From Parcubacteria group bacterium Gr01-1014_8 (GTDB lineage Bacteria; Patescibacteriota; Minisyncoccia; Phycocordibacterales; UBA2100), in assembly GCA_007376385.1 (NCBI GenBank), contig VMGC01000001.1:343898-407897 (forward strand): a stretch of 64,000 bases of DNA, written 5' to 3'. The notes beneath the pieces are model-generated. The model had not been told where the DNA came from and ran no database searches. It was given only the letters and a program-made list of their open reading frames with translations. Below, one piece after another: positions 36,186-45,848 of the stretch. How positions within the stretch are numbered: position 1 is the first letter of the stretch; each line of letters opens with the position of its first letter. A program made the translations under genes and the position numbers.

Positions 36186-37244
36186 ATGACAACGGAAGAA
36201 ACAATGAACGTACGCGTCATCAAAAAGATGCCCTCGGCAGATGAGATGATCGCAGCGCATCCCATTTCAGATAAGGGGTTAGCTCGCGTTGAACAAGACC
36301 GAAAAGAAATAGCAGATATTCTTTCTGGGCGCGACAGCAGACTTCTTTTTATTGTCGGTCCATGTTCTGCCTGGCCGGAGGGGGCAGTCATCGAATATGC
36401 AAAGAGGCTCAAGAAACTTTCCGACAAAGTTAGAGATAAACTTAAACTCGTGATGCGTGTGTACATTCAAAAGCCTCGCACTATTCGTGGTTGGCTGGGG
36501 CCGGTAAATCAAGTTGATCCATACACGGAACCGGACATCGCGCTTGGCGCCGCGTATTGCAGAGATATGATGGTACAGATAGTAGAGATGGGGCTTCCCG
36601 TAGCGGATGAAGCGCTGTTTACTCACAACGCGAGGGGATTTGCAGAACTATTGTCGTGGATGGCTATCGGGGCTCGTAGCGTCGAGGATCAAGAACACCG
36701 CATCTTTGCCTCCGGCGCACGTTGTCCTGTCGGCATGAAAAACAACACATCCGGCTCCATAGAGGTAGCAGTGAACGGTATCGTCGCCGCGCAACACCCG
36801 CATCACGCTGTCGTTGATGGATATCAGGTAGAGACGAAGGGAAATGCCCTTGCGCATCTCGTATTGCGAGGAGGAGAAAAGGGTTCAAATTACGGCCCGG
36901 AGCATATTCAAGAGGCAAACGCGCTCCTAAAGAAGCACAAAGTGAAGAATCCCTCCATCATCATTGATGTAAGCCATGAGAACTGCCGCGTGAACGGCGT
37001 AAAGGAGCCTACAAGACAGGGACAGGTCGTAAAAGAAGTTCTCTCCATCATGCGCGTCAATCCAGAATATAAGGCTTTGGTGAAGGGGTTCATGATGGAG
37101 AGTTTTATCAAAGAGGGATGTCAAAAGATCGAAAGTAAAACTGCCGAAACGATCGATAAAAGCGGACTTTCAATAACCGACCCTTGCGTCGGATGGGACG
37201 CAACAGAAAAACTACTGTGCGAGGTGGCAAAAGAATATGTCTAA
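36186..37244 (+). CDS. aroG: 3-deoxy-7-phosphoheptulonate (DAHP) synthase, class I
   Basis: 'DSRLLFIVGPCSAWPEGAVIEYAKRLKKL…VMRVYIQKPRTIRGWLGPVNQVDP' matches the AroG/F/H-type signature. Confidence 0.85.
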   Translation: MTTEETMNVRVIKKMPSADEMIAAHPISDKGLARVEQDRKEIADILSGRDSRLLFIVGPCSAWPEGAVIEYAKRLKKLSDKVRDKLKLVMRVYIQKPRTIRGWLGPVNQVDPYTEPDIALGAAYCRDMMVQIVEMGLPVADEALFTHNARGFAELLSWMAIGARSVEDQEHRIFASGARCPVGMKNNTSGSIEVAVNGIVAAQHPHHAVVDGYQVETKGNALAHLVLRGGEKGSNYGPEHIQEANALLKKHKVKNPSIIIDVSHENCRVNGVKEPTRQGQVVKEVLSIMRVNPEYKALVKGFMMESFIKEGCQKIESKTAETIDKSGLSITDPCVGWDATEKLLCEVAKEYV

Positions 37245-38343
37245 ACGCATACAGCGAATTCAGGTGAAAACCGCTTACGCTTCGTATCCAATAGTAATTG
37301 GAATGAATATCGAGCGGGAATTGGTGAATGTAGTAAAAAAAGAGGGAGCAAATCGCCGTGTAGCAGTCATTTCGGATGGTACGGTTGCGCGGCTCATCGC
37401 TACGCGGATTGTTTCAGTTCTGAAAAAGAATGGTCTTAAAACAGAGCTCTTTACGTTTCCTGCGGGTGAAAAAAACAAAAACCAGCAGATTGTTACAAAG
37501 CTTCAGCACGCAATGCTGAAAAGAAAATATGGTCGAGACTCTCTTATTGTTGCGCTTGGCGGAGGAGTTACGGGTGACATGGCAGGATTCGTCGCTGCCA
37601 CATACATGCGCGGTATTCCGTACATTCAAGTACCGACGACACTGCTTGCGATGGTAGATAGTTCCGTCGGAGGAAAGGTAGGCATTGATACGCCATTTGG
37701 GAAAAACACGGTGGGAGCTTTTTGGCAGCCGAAGGCAGTCATTGCGGACGCTGCGCACTTACGGCATCTGTCTCGAAAAGAATTAATAAGCGGATTGATA
37801 GAGGCAGTCAAGACGTTCTTTACTTCGGACAGACACATGCTTGCTGTCGCACAAAGGTTGGATCTGGATGATCCGTTCAGAACAGCAAACGAGCTTCAAG
37901 CGATCATTTATCGGTCGATTTCAATCAAAGCTGCCATTATAGGTCGTGATGAACGCGAGTCAGCGGAGCGTCTTGTTGTTAATTTCGGGCACACGATCGG
38001 ACATGCGATTGAACTTCTGTCTGAATTCCGTATGCCGCATGGATATGCTGTCGGGTACGGCATTCTTGTAGAGAGCAAAATTGCAGAACTTCTCGGAACG
38101 ATCTCATCCGATGAATATGTAAGTATCCGTGATCATTTAAAGCGTTTCGGTATCACGAAAGCGCCTCTTTCAAAATTTTCCATCGCGCGCGTATTGCATG
38201 TTGCTAAGACAGATAAGAAGAGTAAAAGCGGCGTTCCACACTATGTTCTTCTCTCGTCCATTGGCTCGGTGTATACAAAAGGAGGAGTGTACGCGTACCC
38301 CGTGAAGGAATCTATCGTTAGGAAGGCATATAGAACTGTATGA
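37237..38343 (+). CDS. aroB: 3-dehydroquinate synthase
   Basis: 'LGGGVTGDMAGFVAATYMRGIPYIQVPTTLLAMVDSSVGGKVGID', 'FGHTIGHAIE'. Confidence 0.9.
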   Translation: MSKRIQRIQVKTAYASYPIVIGMNIERELVNVVKKEGANRRVAVISDGTVARLIATRIVSVLKKNGLKTELFTFPAGEKNKNQQIVTKLQHAMLKRKYGRDSLIVALGGGVTGDMAGFVAATYMRGIPYIQVPTTLLAMVDSSVGGKVGIDTPFGKNTVGAFWQPKAVIADAAHLRHLSRKELISGLIEAVKTFFTSDRHMLAVAQRLDLDDPFRTANELQAIIYRSISIKAAIIGRDERESAERLVVNFGHTIGHAIELLSEFRMPHGYAVGYGILVESKIAELLGTISSDEYVSIRDHLKRFGITKAPLSKFSIARVLHVAKTDKKSKSGVPHYVLLSSIGSVYTKGGVYAYPVKESIVRKAYRTV

Positions 38344-38777
38344 AAGAGCGCGAGGTAACAGAGCGAGGCCAATATGTATTGCGTCTCATCAAGGATGAGG
38401 ACGTTTTGCTGACGCTCGAGGATTTCTGCGCGCGAAAAGGGATTTTGTCTGGTTCTTTTAGGGCGATAGGTGCTGTGAAAGAGGCGAAGATAGGATACTA
38501 CGACCTGGCGTCAAAAAAGTACGGCTCAAAAGTGTATCTAGACGAAATGGAAGTTGCTTCAATGACGGGTAACGTCGCACAGGTCGACGGTAAACCATTC
38601 ATACATGTTCACGCGGTACTCTCCGGCATGAAGCCAGGCTCGGAGAATCAGCCGGTCGCCGGGCATGTTTTCGAAGCGATTGTAGCTGTAACGCTTGAAG
38701 TGCAGCTAACCGCGTTCAATGAGAATATCTCACGCGAATTTGACGATGATATAGGTCTCAAGTTGCTTAATATATAA
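38340..38777 (+). CDS. PPC/DUF296-like small protein, possible DNA-binding (tentative)
   Basis: About 145 aa. 'GNVAQVDGKPFIHVHAVLS…AGHVFEAIVAVTLEV' pattern resembles the PPC domain. ATGA overlap with aroB. Confidence 0.3.
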   Translation: MKEREVTERGQYVLRLIKDEDVLLTLEDFCARKGILSGSFRAIGAVKEAKIGYYDLASKKYGSKVYLDEMEVASMTGNVAQVDGKPFIHVHAVLSGMKPGSENQPVAGHVFEAIVAVTLEVQLTAFNENISREFDDDIGLKLLNI

Positions 38778-38828
38778 CGTCAGTCTTTTTCCATCGGGGG
38801 CATTGGGAATATACTATATACTGCTTCA

Positions 38829-39080
38829 ATGTATCCTGATCCAAGTCCTGTATCTTTACAGTCCGTGCTTGCGATGCCAGCGCGTAGTCTCGTTAAATTG
38901 GGAATTGCGGGGAGTGAGAAAACGGCGTATATACTTATCGTTTTTGTTGTCAGTGCGGCGCTTTTTTTGTTCATTTTTGTCCATAAGAAACCCGATGTAC
39001 CTTCAGTCCCGAACCTTGTAAGCGAGCGAGCGCCGCAGCTTCCCGCGCCCATAAAAAAAGCAGGCACGCAAGCCAATTAA
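38829..39080 (+). CDS. Small membrane protein (single TM), unknown
   Basis: 'TAYILIVFVVSAALFLFIFV' TM helix. 83 aa. Immediately upstream of the pilin gene. Confidence 0.3.
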   Translation: MYPDPSPVSLQSVLAMPARSLVKLGIAGSEKTAYILIVFVVSAALFLFIFVHKKPDVPSVPNLVSERAPQLPAPIKKAGTQAN

Positions 39081-39087
39081 CCATGCG

Positions 39088-39630
39088 ATGAAAACTTCAC
39101 GAGGGTTCACTCTTATCGAATTGCTAGTGGTCATTGCAATTATCGGGATCCTTTCTTCTGTCGTACTCGCGGCTCTGAACCAGGCACGTATTAAGGCTCG
39201 GAATGCCCGTCGTGCTTCTGATCTCAAGCAATTACAGACAGCTCTTGAGTTGTATAATTCAGACAATAGCCACTACCCGTTCACTTCGGCGTCCGCGTAT
39301 GAATATCGAAGCACATGCTCAGGTCAAAGCTGGTGGGGAGGCTCATATGCACCGCAAGATGTCATTCCAGGCCTTGTCCCTGTCTACATCCCGGCAATGC
39401 CGCTTGAGCCTTCTGGCGGTATCGGTTCAAGCTGTTGTTATATCTACGGTGTTGCACCTGGCGGTACTGATTATAAACTGCTCGATTTCAATTGCGCCGA
39501 GATCGATTACATGGGCTACCCAGGTCTTGTCGACGTGAATAGAGACGGAGGACCAAATACCTGTATCCTTGACGGGTCCGCACCGTGGGCGTGGGCTGTT
39601 TATTCGGGGGAGGGATCGAAATGCATGTGA
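39088..39630 (+). CDS. Type IV pilin-like protein (prepilin-type N-terminal cleavage/methylation domain)
   Basis: 'MKTSRGFTLIELLVVIAIIGILSSVVLAALN' class III signal peptide. Confidence 0.9.
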   Translation: MKTSRGFTLIELLVVIAIIGILSSVVLAALNQARIKARNARRASDLKQLQTALELYNSDNSHYPFTSASAYEYRSTCSGQSWWGGSYAPQDVIPGLVPVYIPAMPLEPSGGIGSSCCYIYGVAPGGTDYKLLDFNCAEIDYMGYPGLVDVNRDGGPNTCILDGSAPWAWAVYSGEGSKCM

Positions 39631-39710
39631 ATCACCGTTGACTCGAAGTTTCGATGACATCGGTATGAGCTTTTCTCCATGCCCATAAAGCGTTAGAATG
39701 GCGCATTGCT

Positions 39711-40574
39711 ATGGTGATAACAGACGCTGAAGTAAAAAACATCGAAGAGAAGGCGCTGGCAATTCGCAAGACCATCGTCGAAATGTTGGAGGCTGCTAAA
39801 TCGGGACACTTGGCTGGACCGCTTGGCATGACTGATATTTTTGCCGCGCTGTATTTTCACGTACTCAAACACAACCCAAAAGATCCTGCGTGGGCGGAGC
39901 GGGATAGATTATTCCTCTCGAACGGACATATTTGTCCAGTGCGATATTCCGCGATGGCTCATGCGGGATATTTTCCCGTAGAAGAATGTATGACGCTTCG
40001 CAAATTCGGCTCTCGCCTGCAAGGGCATCCGGAGCGTGACATGCTTCCGGGTGTTGAGACCACATCAGGCCCGCTTGGCTCGGGTCTTTCGCAAGCATCA
40101 GGGTATGCGTATGCGGCTCGCATGGATGGGAAGACCTTCAGAGTGTTTTGCGCGATGTCTGATGGAGAACAAGAGGAAGGCAACACATGGGAAGGTGCAA
40201 TGTTTGCTGGAAAGTATCGTCTCACAAATCTCACCGCAATTATGGATCGCAACAACATTCAGATTGATGGCAATACGGAAGATGTGATGCCTCTCGAGCC
40301 GCTCGCGGACAAATACAAAGCATTCAACTGGCACGTTATTCCGATTGACGGACACAACATCCAGCAGTTCATCGAAGCGTGTGATGAGGCAAAATCAATA
40401 AAAGAAAAACCAACTCTGATTCTCGCGCACACGACTCCTGGCAAGGGAGTCCCGTCTATCGAAAACGACTACCGCTGGCATGGCGCGCCTCCTGGTAAGG
40501 GCCCGACGGACAAAGTCCCGGCGGATAAACAAAAGGATGCGTTCCTCGAAGAGCTTCAGGCAAGTGCAAGATAA
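39711..40574 (+). CDS. tkt: Transketolase, N-terminal (TPP-binding) subunit of a split transketolase
   Basis: 'SGHLAGPLGMTDIFAALYFHV…LFLSNGHICPVRYSAMA', 'GPLGSGLSQASGYAYAARMDGK'. Confidence 0.85.
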   Translation: MVITDAEVKNIEEKALAIRKTIVEMLEAAKSGHLAGPLGMTDIFAALYFHVLKHNPKDPAWAERDRLFLSNGHICPVRYSAMAHAGYFPVEECMTLRKFGSRLQGHPERDMLPGVETTSGPLGSGLSQASGYAYAARMDGKTFRVFCAMSDGEQEEGNTWEGAMFAGKYRLTNLTAIMDRNNIQIDGNTEDVMPLEPLADKYKAFNWHVIPIDGHNIQQFIEACDEAKSIKEKPTLILAHTTPGKGVPSIENDYRWHGAPPGKGPTDKVPADKQKDAFLEELQASAR

Positions 40575-40601
40575 TGTTACAAGGTAGAATTACAGACGAA
40601 T

Positions 40602-40907
40602 ATGAATAAAACCCAACTCATCTTCGGAATAATCTTTGCGGTAATTAATACCGCGATTGTCGGGATTTACGGTTTCTTTCTTAACCCTTTTGCGATTCGT
40701 TTTTCTGCTGAGGCGGGCTGGGGAGAGCCTCATGTCGCATACGTACCTATCATCATGATAGTGTCGCTTCTTAGCATTTCAGCAGGATGGATATTACTAA
40801 TGCATGTCCGAAGAAGTATTAAGATATTTCTCTGGGTACTTCTTCTTGCTCCGTACGTCCAATTCACTGTCGCTGGTGTTTTGAACACCGGAATGCTTCA
40901 ACCATGA
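40602..40907 (+). CDS. Small polytopic membrane protein (3 TM), unknown, between the transketolase subunits
   Basis: Hydrophobic helices 'LIFGIIFAVINTAIVGIYGFFL', 'IIMIVSLLSISAGWILLM', 'IFLWVLLLAPYVQFTVAGVL'. Confidence 0.4.
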   Translation: MNKTQLIFGIIFAVINTAIVGIYGFFLNPFAIRFSAEAGWGEPHVAYVPIIMIVSLLSISAGWILLMHVRRSIKIFLWVLLLAPYVQFTVAGVLNTGMLQP

Positions 40908-41893
40908 TCAACCCTACCGCAAAACTTGCCGCAAATATATTCGAAAAACCCGACATGGCTTCGACGCGCGAGGGGTTTGGAAAAGGCGTTGTCGAAGCGG
41001 GAAAGGCAGACGAGCGCGTTGTCGTTCTCACTGCTGACCTCGCAGAGTCCACGCAAGCACATCATTTTCAGAAGGCGTTTCCGGAGCGATTCATTCAGGT
41101 CGGAGTTGCGGAGCAGAACATGGCGACGGTCGCCGCGGGCATGGCCAACTACGGAAAAATACCTTTCTTTACGTCATACGCGGCATTTTCACCAGGCAGG
41201 AATTGGGAACAAATCCGCACCACGATCGCGCTTAACGACCTGCCAGCTATAGCGTGCGGTATGCATGCCGGGGTATCAGTCGGACCCGATGGAGCGACGC
41301 ATCAAGCTCTCGAAGATATGGCAATGATGCGTGCGCTTCCCAAATTTACCGTTATATCTGCGTGCGATGCCGAAGAGGGAAGAAAAGCGACTTTAGCTGC
41401 TGCGAAACTCGGCAAACCGGTCTACATGCGATTCGGCCGCGAGAAAACGCCGATGATGACGACGGCTGAAACGCCGTTCGAGATAGGGAAGTTGAATGTT
41501 TTTTGGCGCGGAGAGAAACCGCAGGTCGCTATCTTTGGCACGGGACCTCTTGTTCATAATGCCCTGCTTGCTGCGCGTGAACTTGAGAAGGACGGGATAT
41601 CATCGGTCGTAGCGAATGTACACACGTTGAAGCCGCCCGATCCGGCAATCGTCTCGCTCGCACAGGAAACCGGAGCCGTTGTAACTGTCGAAGAGCATCA
41701 AGTACACGGAGGCTTGGGCGGCGCTATCGCGGAACTTCTCGCAAAAGAAGCGCCTACTCCTATTGAATTCATCGGCATGCAAGATAAGTTCGGTCAATCC
41801 GGGACAGCGGCTGAATTGATCGAGCACTATGAGATGGGCGTCTTGCACATTGTCGCGGCGGCAAAAGAGGCGATAGGACGAAAGAAAATCTAG
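40904..41893 (+). CDS. tkt: Transketolase, C-terminal (pyrimidine-binding plus C-terminal domain) subunit
   Basis: 'REGFGKGVVEAGKADERVVVLTADL', 'GVAEQNMATVAAGMA', 'RFGREKTP'. Confidence 0.85.
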   Translation: MINPTAKLAANIFEKPDMASTREGFGKGVVEAGKADERVVVLTADLAESTQAHHFQKAFPERFIQVGVAEQNMATVAAGMANYGKIPFFTSYAAFSPGRNWEQIRTTIALNDLPAIACGMHAGVSVGPDGATHQALEDMAMMRALPKFTVISACDAEEGRKATLAAAKLGKPVYMRFGREKTPMMTTAETPFEIGKLNVFWRGEKPQVAIFGTGPLVHNALLAARELEKDGISSVVANVHTLKPPDPAIVSLAQETGAVVTVEEHQVHGGLGGAIAELLAKEAPTPIEFIGMQDKFGQSGTAAELIEHYEMGVLHIVAAAKEAIGRKKI

Positions 41894-42885
41894 AGTGGGA
41901 CAGCGGCAAAATCAGCTGGGCGCTTTGCATACCAGTCTTCGATCTTCTCGCGCGGCATGAGGCCGCGCTGCGCGCCGATCTCTTGCACAACATTTGCTGA
42001 ATTGATGAGGCCTCGAAGCATCGCTTCCTGCGGTGGAAGGCCAAGAATGATGTATGCGACTGTCGTTGATGCGGCGGCGTCCCCCGCTCCGGTTCGTTGG
42101 AGTGGGGGTTTCGGATCGGGATACATTGGCGAATGCCATGCGCCGTCATCAGTCATGATAGATGAGCCCTTGCGGCCATCCGTCACGACGGCGATTTTCG
42201 GTCCGAGCGCGCGGATGCCTTGCATCAGCTCGTTTGCATCGGTGCTTTTTGACCCCAAGATGCGCTGGGCTTCTTCCTTATTGCAGAAAAATATTTCAGT
42301 CCGCGCATAAATATCTTTTAAGGCTTCTTTTCCCATCCTCATCTGAAACGTGCCCGGCTGGAACGCGAGTTTGACGCTCGGGTGCTCGATCAAATATTTG
42401 GAGATTTCCGCGTGGTAAGTTACTGCTGCGTCACCTTCGCTCATTGAAGAGAGATATAGCCACTTCGGTTCCTCAGCAAGTGCGGGGAATGAGTAGGCGT
42501 AGTGTTCGTGCTTAATGAGGATCGTTCTATCAACCTCGTACCATAAGACGTAATGATAGTTCGTTTTGTTTTTGGGGTCTTTTACCATGAGAGATGTGTC
42601 GACCTTGTCTTTTTCGAGCGCGGCGTAACAGGCAGCGCCGTCGGCATCGTCGCCGACGTATGCGCGAAGGGCTGAATTCAGACCAAGACGAGCCGCAGAA
42701 ACGGCAGCATTTGCAGCGTTCCCGACCGCGGGAATAACCTCGACGAATTCGTAGGGGATCTTGTCTCCATAACGCATGCATATCTCGCAATCTTCGTCAT
42801 TCAGATCACAGTGAACGCGCGCATCTTTGAGGCGGATAAAGGCATCAATCGTTGTATCTCCTATCGCTAAAAAGTCATGTTGCAT
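41890..42885 (-). CDS. PfkB-family carbohydrate/nucleoside kinase (ribokinase-like)
   Basis: N-terminal 'FLAIGDTTIDAFIRL'. C-terminal 'GAGDAAASTTVAYIILG' anion-hole motif. Confidence 0.75.
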   Translation of the reverse strand: MQHDFLAIGDTTIDAFIRLKDARVHCDLNDEDCEICMRYGDKIPYEFVEVIPAVGNAANAAVSAARLGLNSALRAYVGDDADGAACYAALEKDKVDTSLMVKDPKNKTNYHYVLWYEVDRTILIKHEHYAYSFPALAEEPKWLYLSSMSEGDAAVTYHAEISKYLIEHPSVKLAFQPGTFQMRMGKEALKDIYARTEIFFCNKEEAQRILGSKSTDANELMQGIRALGPKIAVVTDGRKGSSIMTDDGAWHSPMYPDPKPPLQRTGAGDAAASTTVAYIILGLPPQEAMLRGLINSANVVQEIGAQRGLMPREKIEDWYAKRPADFAAVPL

Positions 42886-42936
42886 ATGGGAGAAATTGTA
42901 GCACAGCAGGCTTGGTATACTTGTGGACGAGTTAGT

Positions 42937-43512
42937 ATGAATAATCCCGCGCTTTTTTTAAAAAAGTTCCTACGCTATGGGACAACCATCGCGAGCGTTG
43001 CACCCAGCAGTGTCTGGCTTTCACGAGCGACGATCTCTACGATTGATTGGTCATGTCCGCGGATAATTCTTGAACTTGGCGCTGGCACCGGTCCAATTAC
43101 GGCTGAAATACTTAAAAAAGCGACGCCAGAGTCGAGAGTGATAGCGGTAGAACAGGACGCGGATTTTGCGGCGCATTTAAGAGTCCGGTTCTCACGATAC
43201 AAAAATCTTGAGATAATTCATGGCGACGTATCAGAGCTCGCTCGCTACCTAAAAGGGAGGGGCATTGATAAGGTGGACTACATCATCTCCGGTCTCCCCG
43301 TGCCTTCATTTACAGGGGAGGCGCAACAGGCCCTTTTTAGATCCGTTAGAGCAGTCTTAAAGCAGGATGGCAGCTTCAATCAAATAACTGAATTTCCCCT
43401 CCTCTATAAGCGCATATACAAAAAATGGTTCAAAGATGTGCGATTTATTTTTGAGCCTCGTAACATACCGCCGGCAGGGGTCTACATATGCAGGAATATG
43501 CAAGAGCCGTAA
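42937..43512 (+). CDS. Class I SAM-dependent methyltransferase
   Basis: 'ILELGAGTGPITAEILKK' motif I and 'VIAVEQD' motif II. Start taken at the internal Met 'MNNPALF'; the listed ORF begins at 42877 overlapping the opposite-strand gene. Confidence 0.65.
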   Translation: MNNPALFLKKFLRYGTTIASVAPSSVWLSRATISTIDWSCPRIILELGAGTGPITAEILKKATPESRVIAVEQDADFAAHLRVRFSRYKNLEIIHGDVSELARYLKGRGIDKVDYIISGLPVPSFTGEAQQALFRSVRAVLKQDGSFNQITEFPLLYKRIYKKWFKDVRFIFEPRNIPPAGVYICRNMQEP

Positions 43513-43552
43513 TTCGTTGCAAAACGGCGCTGAATCAGTATAATCCAAGCCC

Positions 43553-44221
43553 ATGTTATCGCTTGCAGTAAAACCTAGAGATGAGAAAGAAACACCCGAC
43601 GTACTGCGCAAGCGGGGCGCTATTCCTGCTATTTATTACGGGCCTAAGGAATCGGCGACATCGGTTGTTATAGATTCTCTCGCGTTCGACAAAATATGGC
43701 GCGAGGCGGGCGAGACCACTATCGTGAATTTGATCGGTATCGGCGAAGAGAAACAGACACTTATTCACGACGTGCAATTTCATCCAGTGACTGACAGGCC
43801 GCTGCACGCAGACTTCTACGTTATTGAAAAGGGTAAGAAAGTAACTATTAAGGTCCCGCTTGAATTTACAGGGCAAGCTCCTGCGGAGAAGGCTGGGCAT
43901 ATCGTCGTGAAAGCGCTGCACGAGGTTGAGATAGAAGTTGCACCAGCGGAATTGCCGCACCACCTGTCTGTTGACCTATCCAGCCTTGAAAACGTCGGCG
44001 ATCACATCACCGCCTCGCAGATAAAGCTTCCATCATCCGCGAAACTTCTCACCGGTTCCGACGAGATAATCATTTCTATAACTGAATTCAGAGAAGAGAA
44101 AGTTGAAGTGCCCGCTGCGGCTCCAGTAGAGGGCATTGCACCTGTGGAAGGCGCTGCACCAGCAGAAGGTGCCTCTGCCGCACCCGCGTCACCGGAGGGC
44201 AAAGAAAGCAAATCGTCCTAG
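43553..44221 (+). CDS. rplY: 50S ribosomal protein bL25 (Ctc/general stress protein form with C-terminal extension)
   Basis: 'LAVKPRDEKETPDVLRKRGAIPAIYYG…TIVNL' L25 N-domain. Ala/Pro/Glu-rich C-terminal tail. Confidence 0.8.
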   Translation: MLSLAVKPRDEKETPDVLRKRGAIPAIYYGPKESATSVVIDSLAFDKIWREAGETTIVNLIGIGEEKQTLIHDVQFHPVTDRPLHADFYVIEKGKKVTIKVPLEFTGQAPAEKAGHIVVKALHEVEIEVAPAELPHHLSVDLSSLENVGDHITASQIKLPSSAKLLTGSDEIIISITEFREEKVEVPAAAPVEGIAPVEGAAPAEGASAAPASPEGKESKSS

Positions 44222-44237
44222 CGTCGTCTCTGGTAGA

Positions 44238-45599
44238 ATGCAGGAACGTATGCTGCGACCGAGCGTCGAGCGAGGAAATACTGAGTGTAGCAGCGCGAAC
44301 GTACGCATCAGCGTTCGCTTTTTCTTTGTGTTCGCGGGTGTGGCGGCGCTGCTTATTGCATATGCGGCTCCTTTTTGGGCGTTTGCTGAGACATCTGAAG
44401 AGCGCCGAGCGAGACTTGAGCAGGAGTTGATGGAGATAGAAAAAGATATTGCGGCAAAGAAAGGGAATCTGACTGAACTCCAGAGGCAGCGCACATCGCT
44501 AGAGCGCGATGTTGCCATTCTCGACTCAAAAATTGAAACAGCACGTCTTTCTATCAAACAGAGAGATATCTCGATCACGAAGTTGCGGGATGGGATTGCC
44601 GACAAACACAGAGCGATAGCGGGCGTTGACCAAAGAGTGCTCAAAAGCGAGGAATCTTTGGCACAGCTTATAAGGCGCACGCGCGAAATAGACGACGTGT
44701 CGCTTGCCGAACTAGCGCTTGGCGAGGGCACCGTCTCGCGTTTTTTTGAAGAGATAGACAACTTCGAGCAGATACAAAGTGCGCTCGATGTTTCTTTTAA
44801 AGAAATGGCTGTGCTTCGCGCGGATCTTGCGGCACGTAAGGAAGCGCTGGAGGGACAGCAGGTCGAAGAACAGGACCTGCGTCAGATACAGGTGCTGCAA
44901 AAACAAGCCATAGAGAAAGACGAGAAAGAAAAGAAAACAATTTTGACTGTCACAAAAGGCCAGGAAAAAGCGTATCAGCAGCTCATAGCTGAACGTGAGC
45001 GCCAGGCTGCGACTATCCGTTCGGCGCTCTTCGGCCTTCGCGACTCAAGCGCAATTCCATTCGGTAAAGCGTACGAATATGCAAAAGAAGCGTCAGCAAA
45101 AACGGGAGTGAGGCCAGCTGTCATACTTGCGATATTGAGGGAGGAGACGAATTTAGGTGAGAACGTCGGAACGGGAAACTGGAAAACCGACATGCATCCG
45201 ACACGCGACCAGCCCGTTTTTGCGCAGATAACAGCTGAACTCGGGCTGAATCCGGACAGCATGCCAGTTTCGAGAAAGCCGGGATACGGGTGGGGAGGTG
45301 CGATGGGACCGGCCCAATTTATTCCTTCGACGTGGATTCTCTACAAGGACCGTATTGGTAAGGCCACGGGAGAAAATCCGCCAAACCCCTGGACGGCGAG
45401 GACAGCCATCTTTGCAACATCGCTTCTCATGATGGACAACGGAGCAGATGGCGGCACCTACGCAACGGAGCGAAAAGCGGCACTCAAATACTTTGCGGGA
45501 GGAAATTGGAGCAAACCTGCTTATGCGTTCTATGGCGACGACGTGATGGAATTCGCAGAAAGCTACCAGAGAGACATCAACATCCTCGAAGGCAAGTAG
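44238..45599 (+). CDS. Membrane-anchored coiled-coil protein with a C-terminal lysozyme-like/lytic-transglycosylase-like domain (putative peptidoglycan hydrolase)
   Basis: TM 'FFFVFAGVAALLIAYAAPFWAFA'. Long heptad-like coiled-coil region. C-terminal 'PAVILAILREETNLGE…GYGWGGAMGPAQFIPSTW' resembles the SLT/lysozyme-like fold. Start chosen at the Met following the rplY stop. Confidence 0.5.
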   Translation: MQERMLRPSVERGNTECSSANVRISVRFFFVFAGVAALLIAYAAPFWAFAETSEERRARLEQELMEIEKDIAAKKGNLTELQRQRTSLERDVAILDSKIETARLSIKQRDISITKLRDGIADKHRAIAGVDQRVLKSEESLAQLIRRTREIDDVSLAELALGEGTVSRFFEEIDNFEQIQSALDVSFKEMAVLRADLAARKEALEGQQVEEQDLRQIQVLQKQAIEKDEKEKKTILTVTKGQEKAYQQLIAERERQAATIRSALFGLRDSSAIPFGKAYEYAKEASAKTGVRPAVILAILREETNLGENVGTGNWKTDMHPTRDQPVFAQITAELGLNPDSMPVSRKPGYGWGGAMGPAQFIPSTWILYKDRIGKATGENPPNPWTARTAIFATSLLMMDNGADGGTYATERKAALKYFAGGNWSKPAYAFYGDDVMEFAESYQRDINILEGK

Positions 45600-45608
45600 G
45601 GTGCTCGC

Positions 45609-45772
45609 AAGATGTGGGAATGCAGTTTTCCGAGTACGGATCTTTCTACCACAAGAGTACTTCGATTTTCTAAGACGGAATACCGTCAAGAAAATCAGGT
45701 CGTTGCTAGAAAAATCCTCGGATCCTCGACCGACGTCTGCGGAGCCCCTCTAAACCGCATTCCCACATCTTG
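45609..45772. repeat. Pair of perfect 16-nt inverted repeats (caagatgtgggaatgc / gcattcccacatcttg) enclosing ~130 nt. Candidate structured RNA or MITE.
   Basis: Direct reading. Intergenic, between 44238..45599 and 45849..46454. Confidence 0.45.
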
Positions 45773-45848
45773 GCTCGCTGGGGGTGGAAAGATGGTAACT
45801 TTTCCCCATATTGAGAACATTTGCGTTTTTGTGCGCTAATATTGAGTT

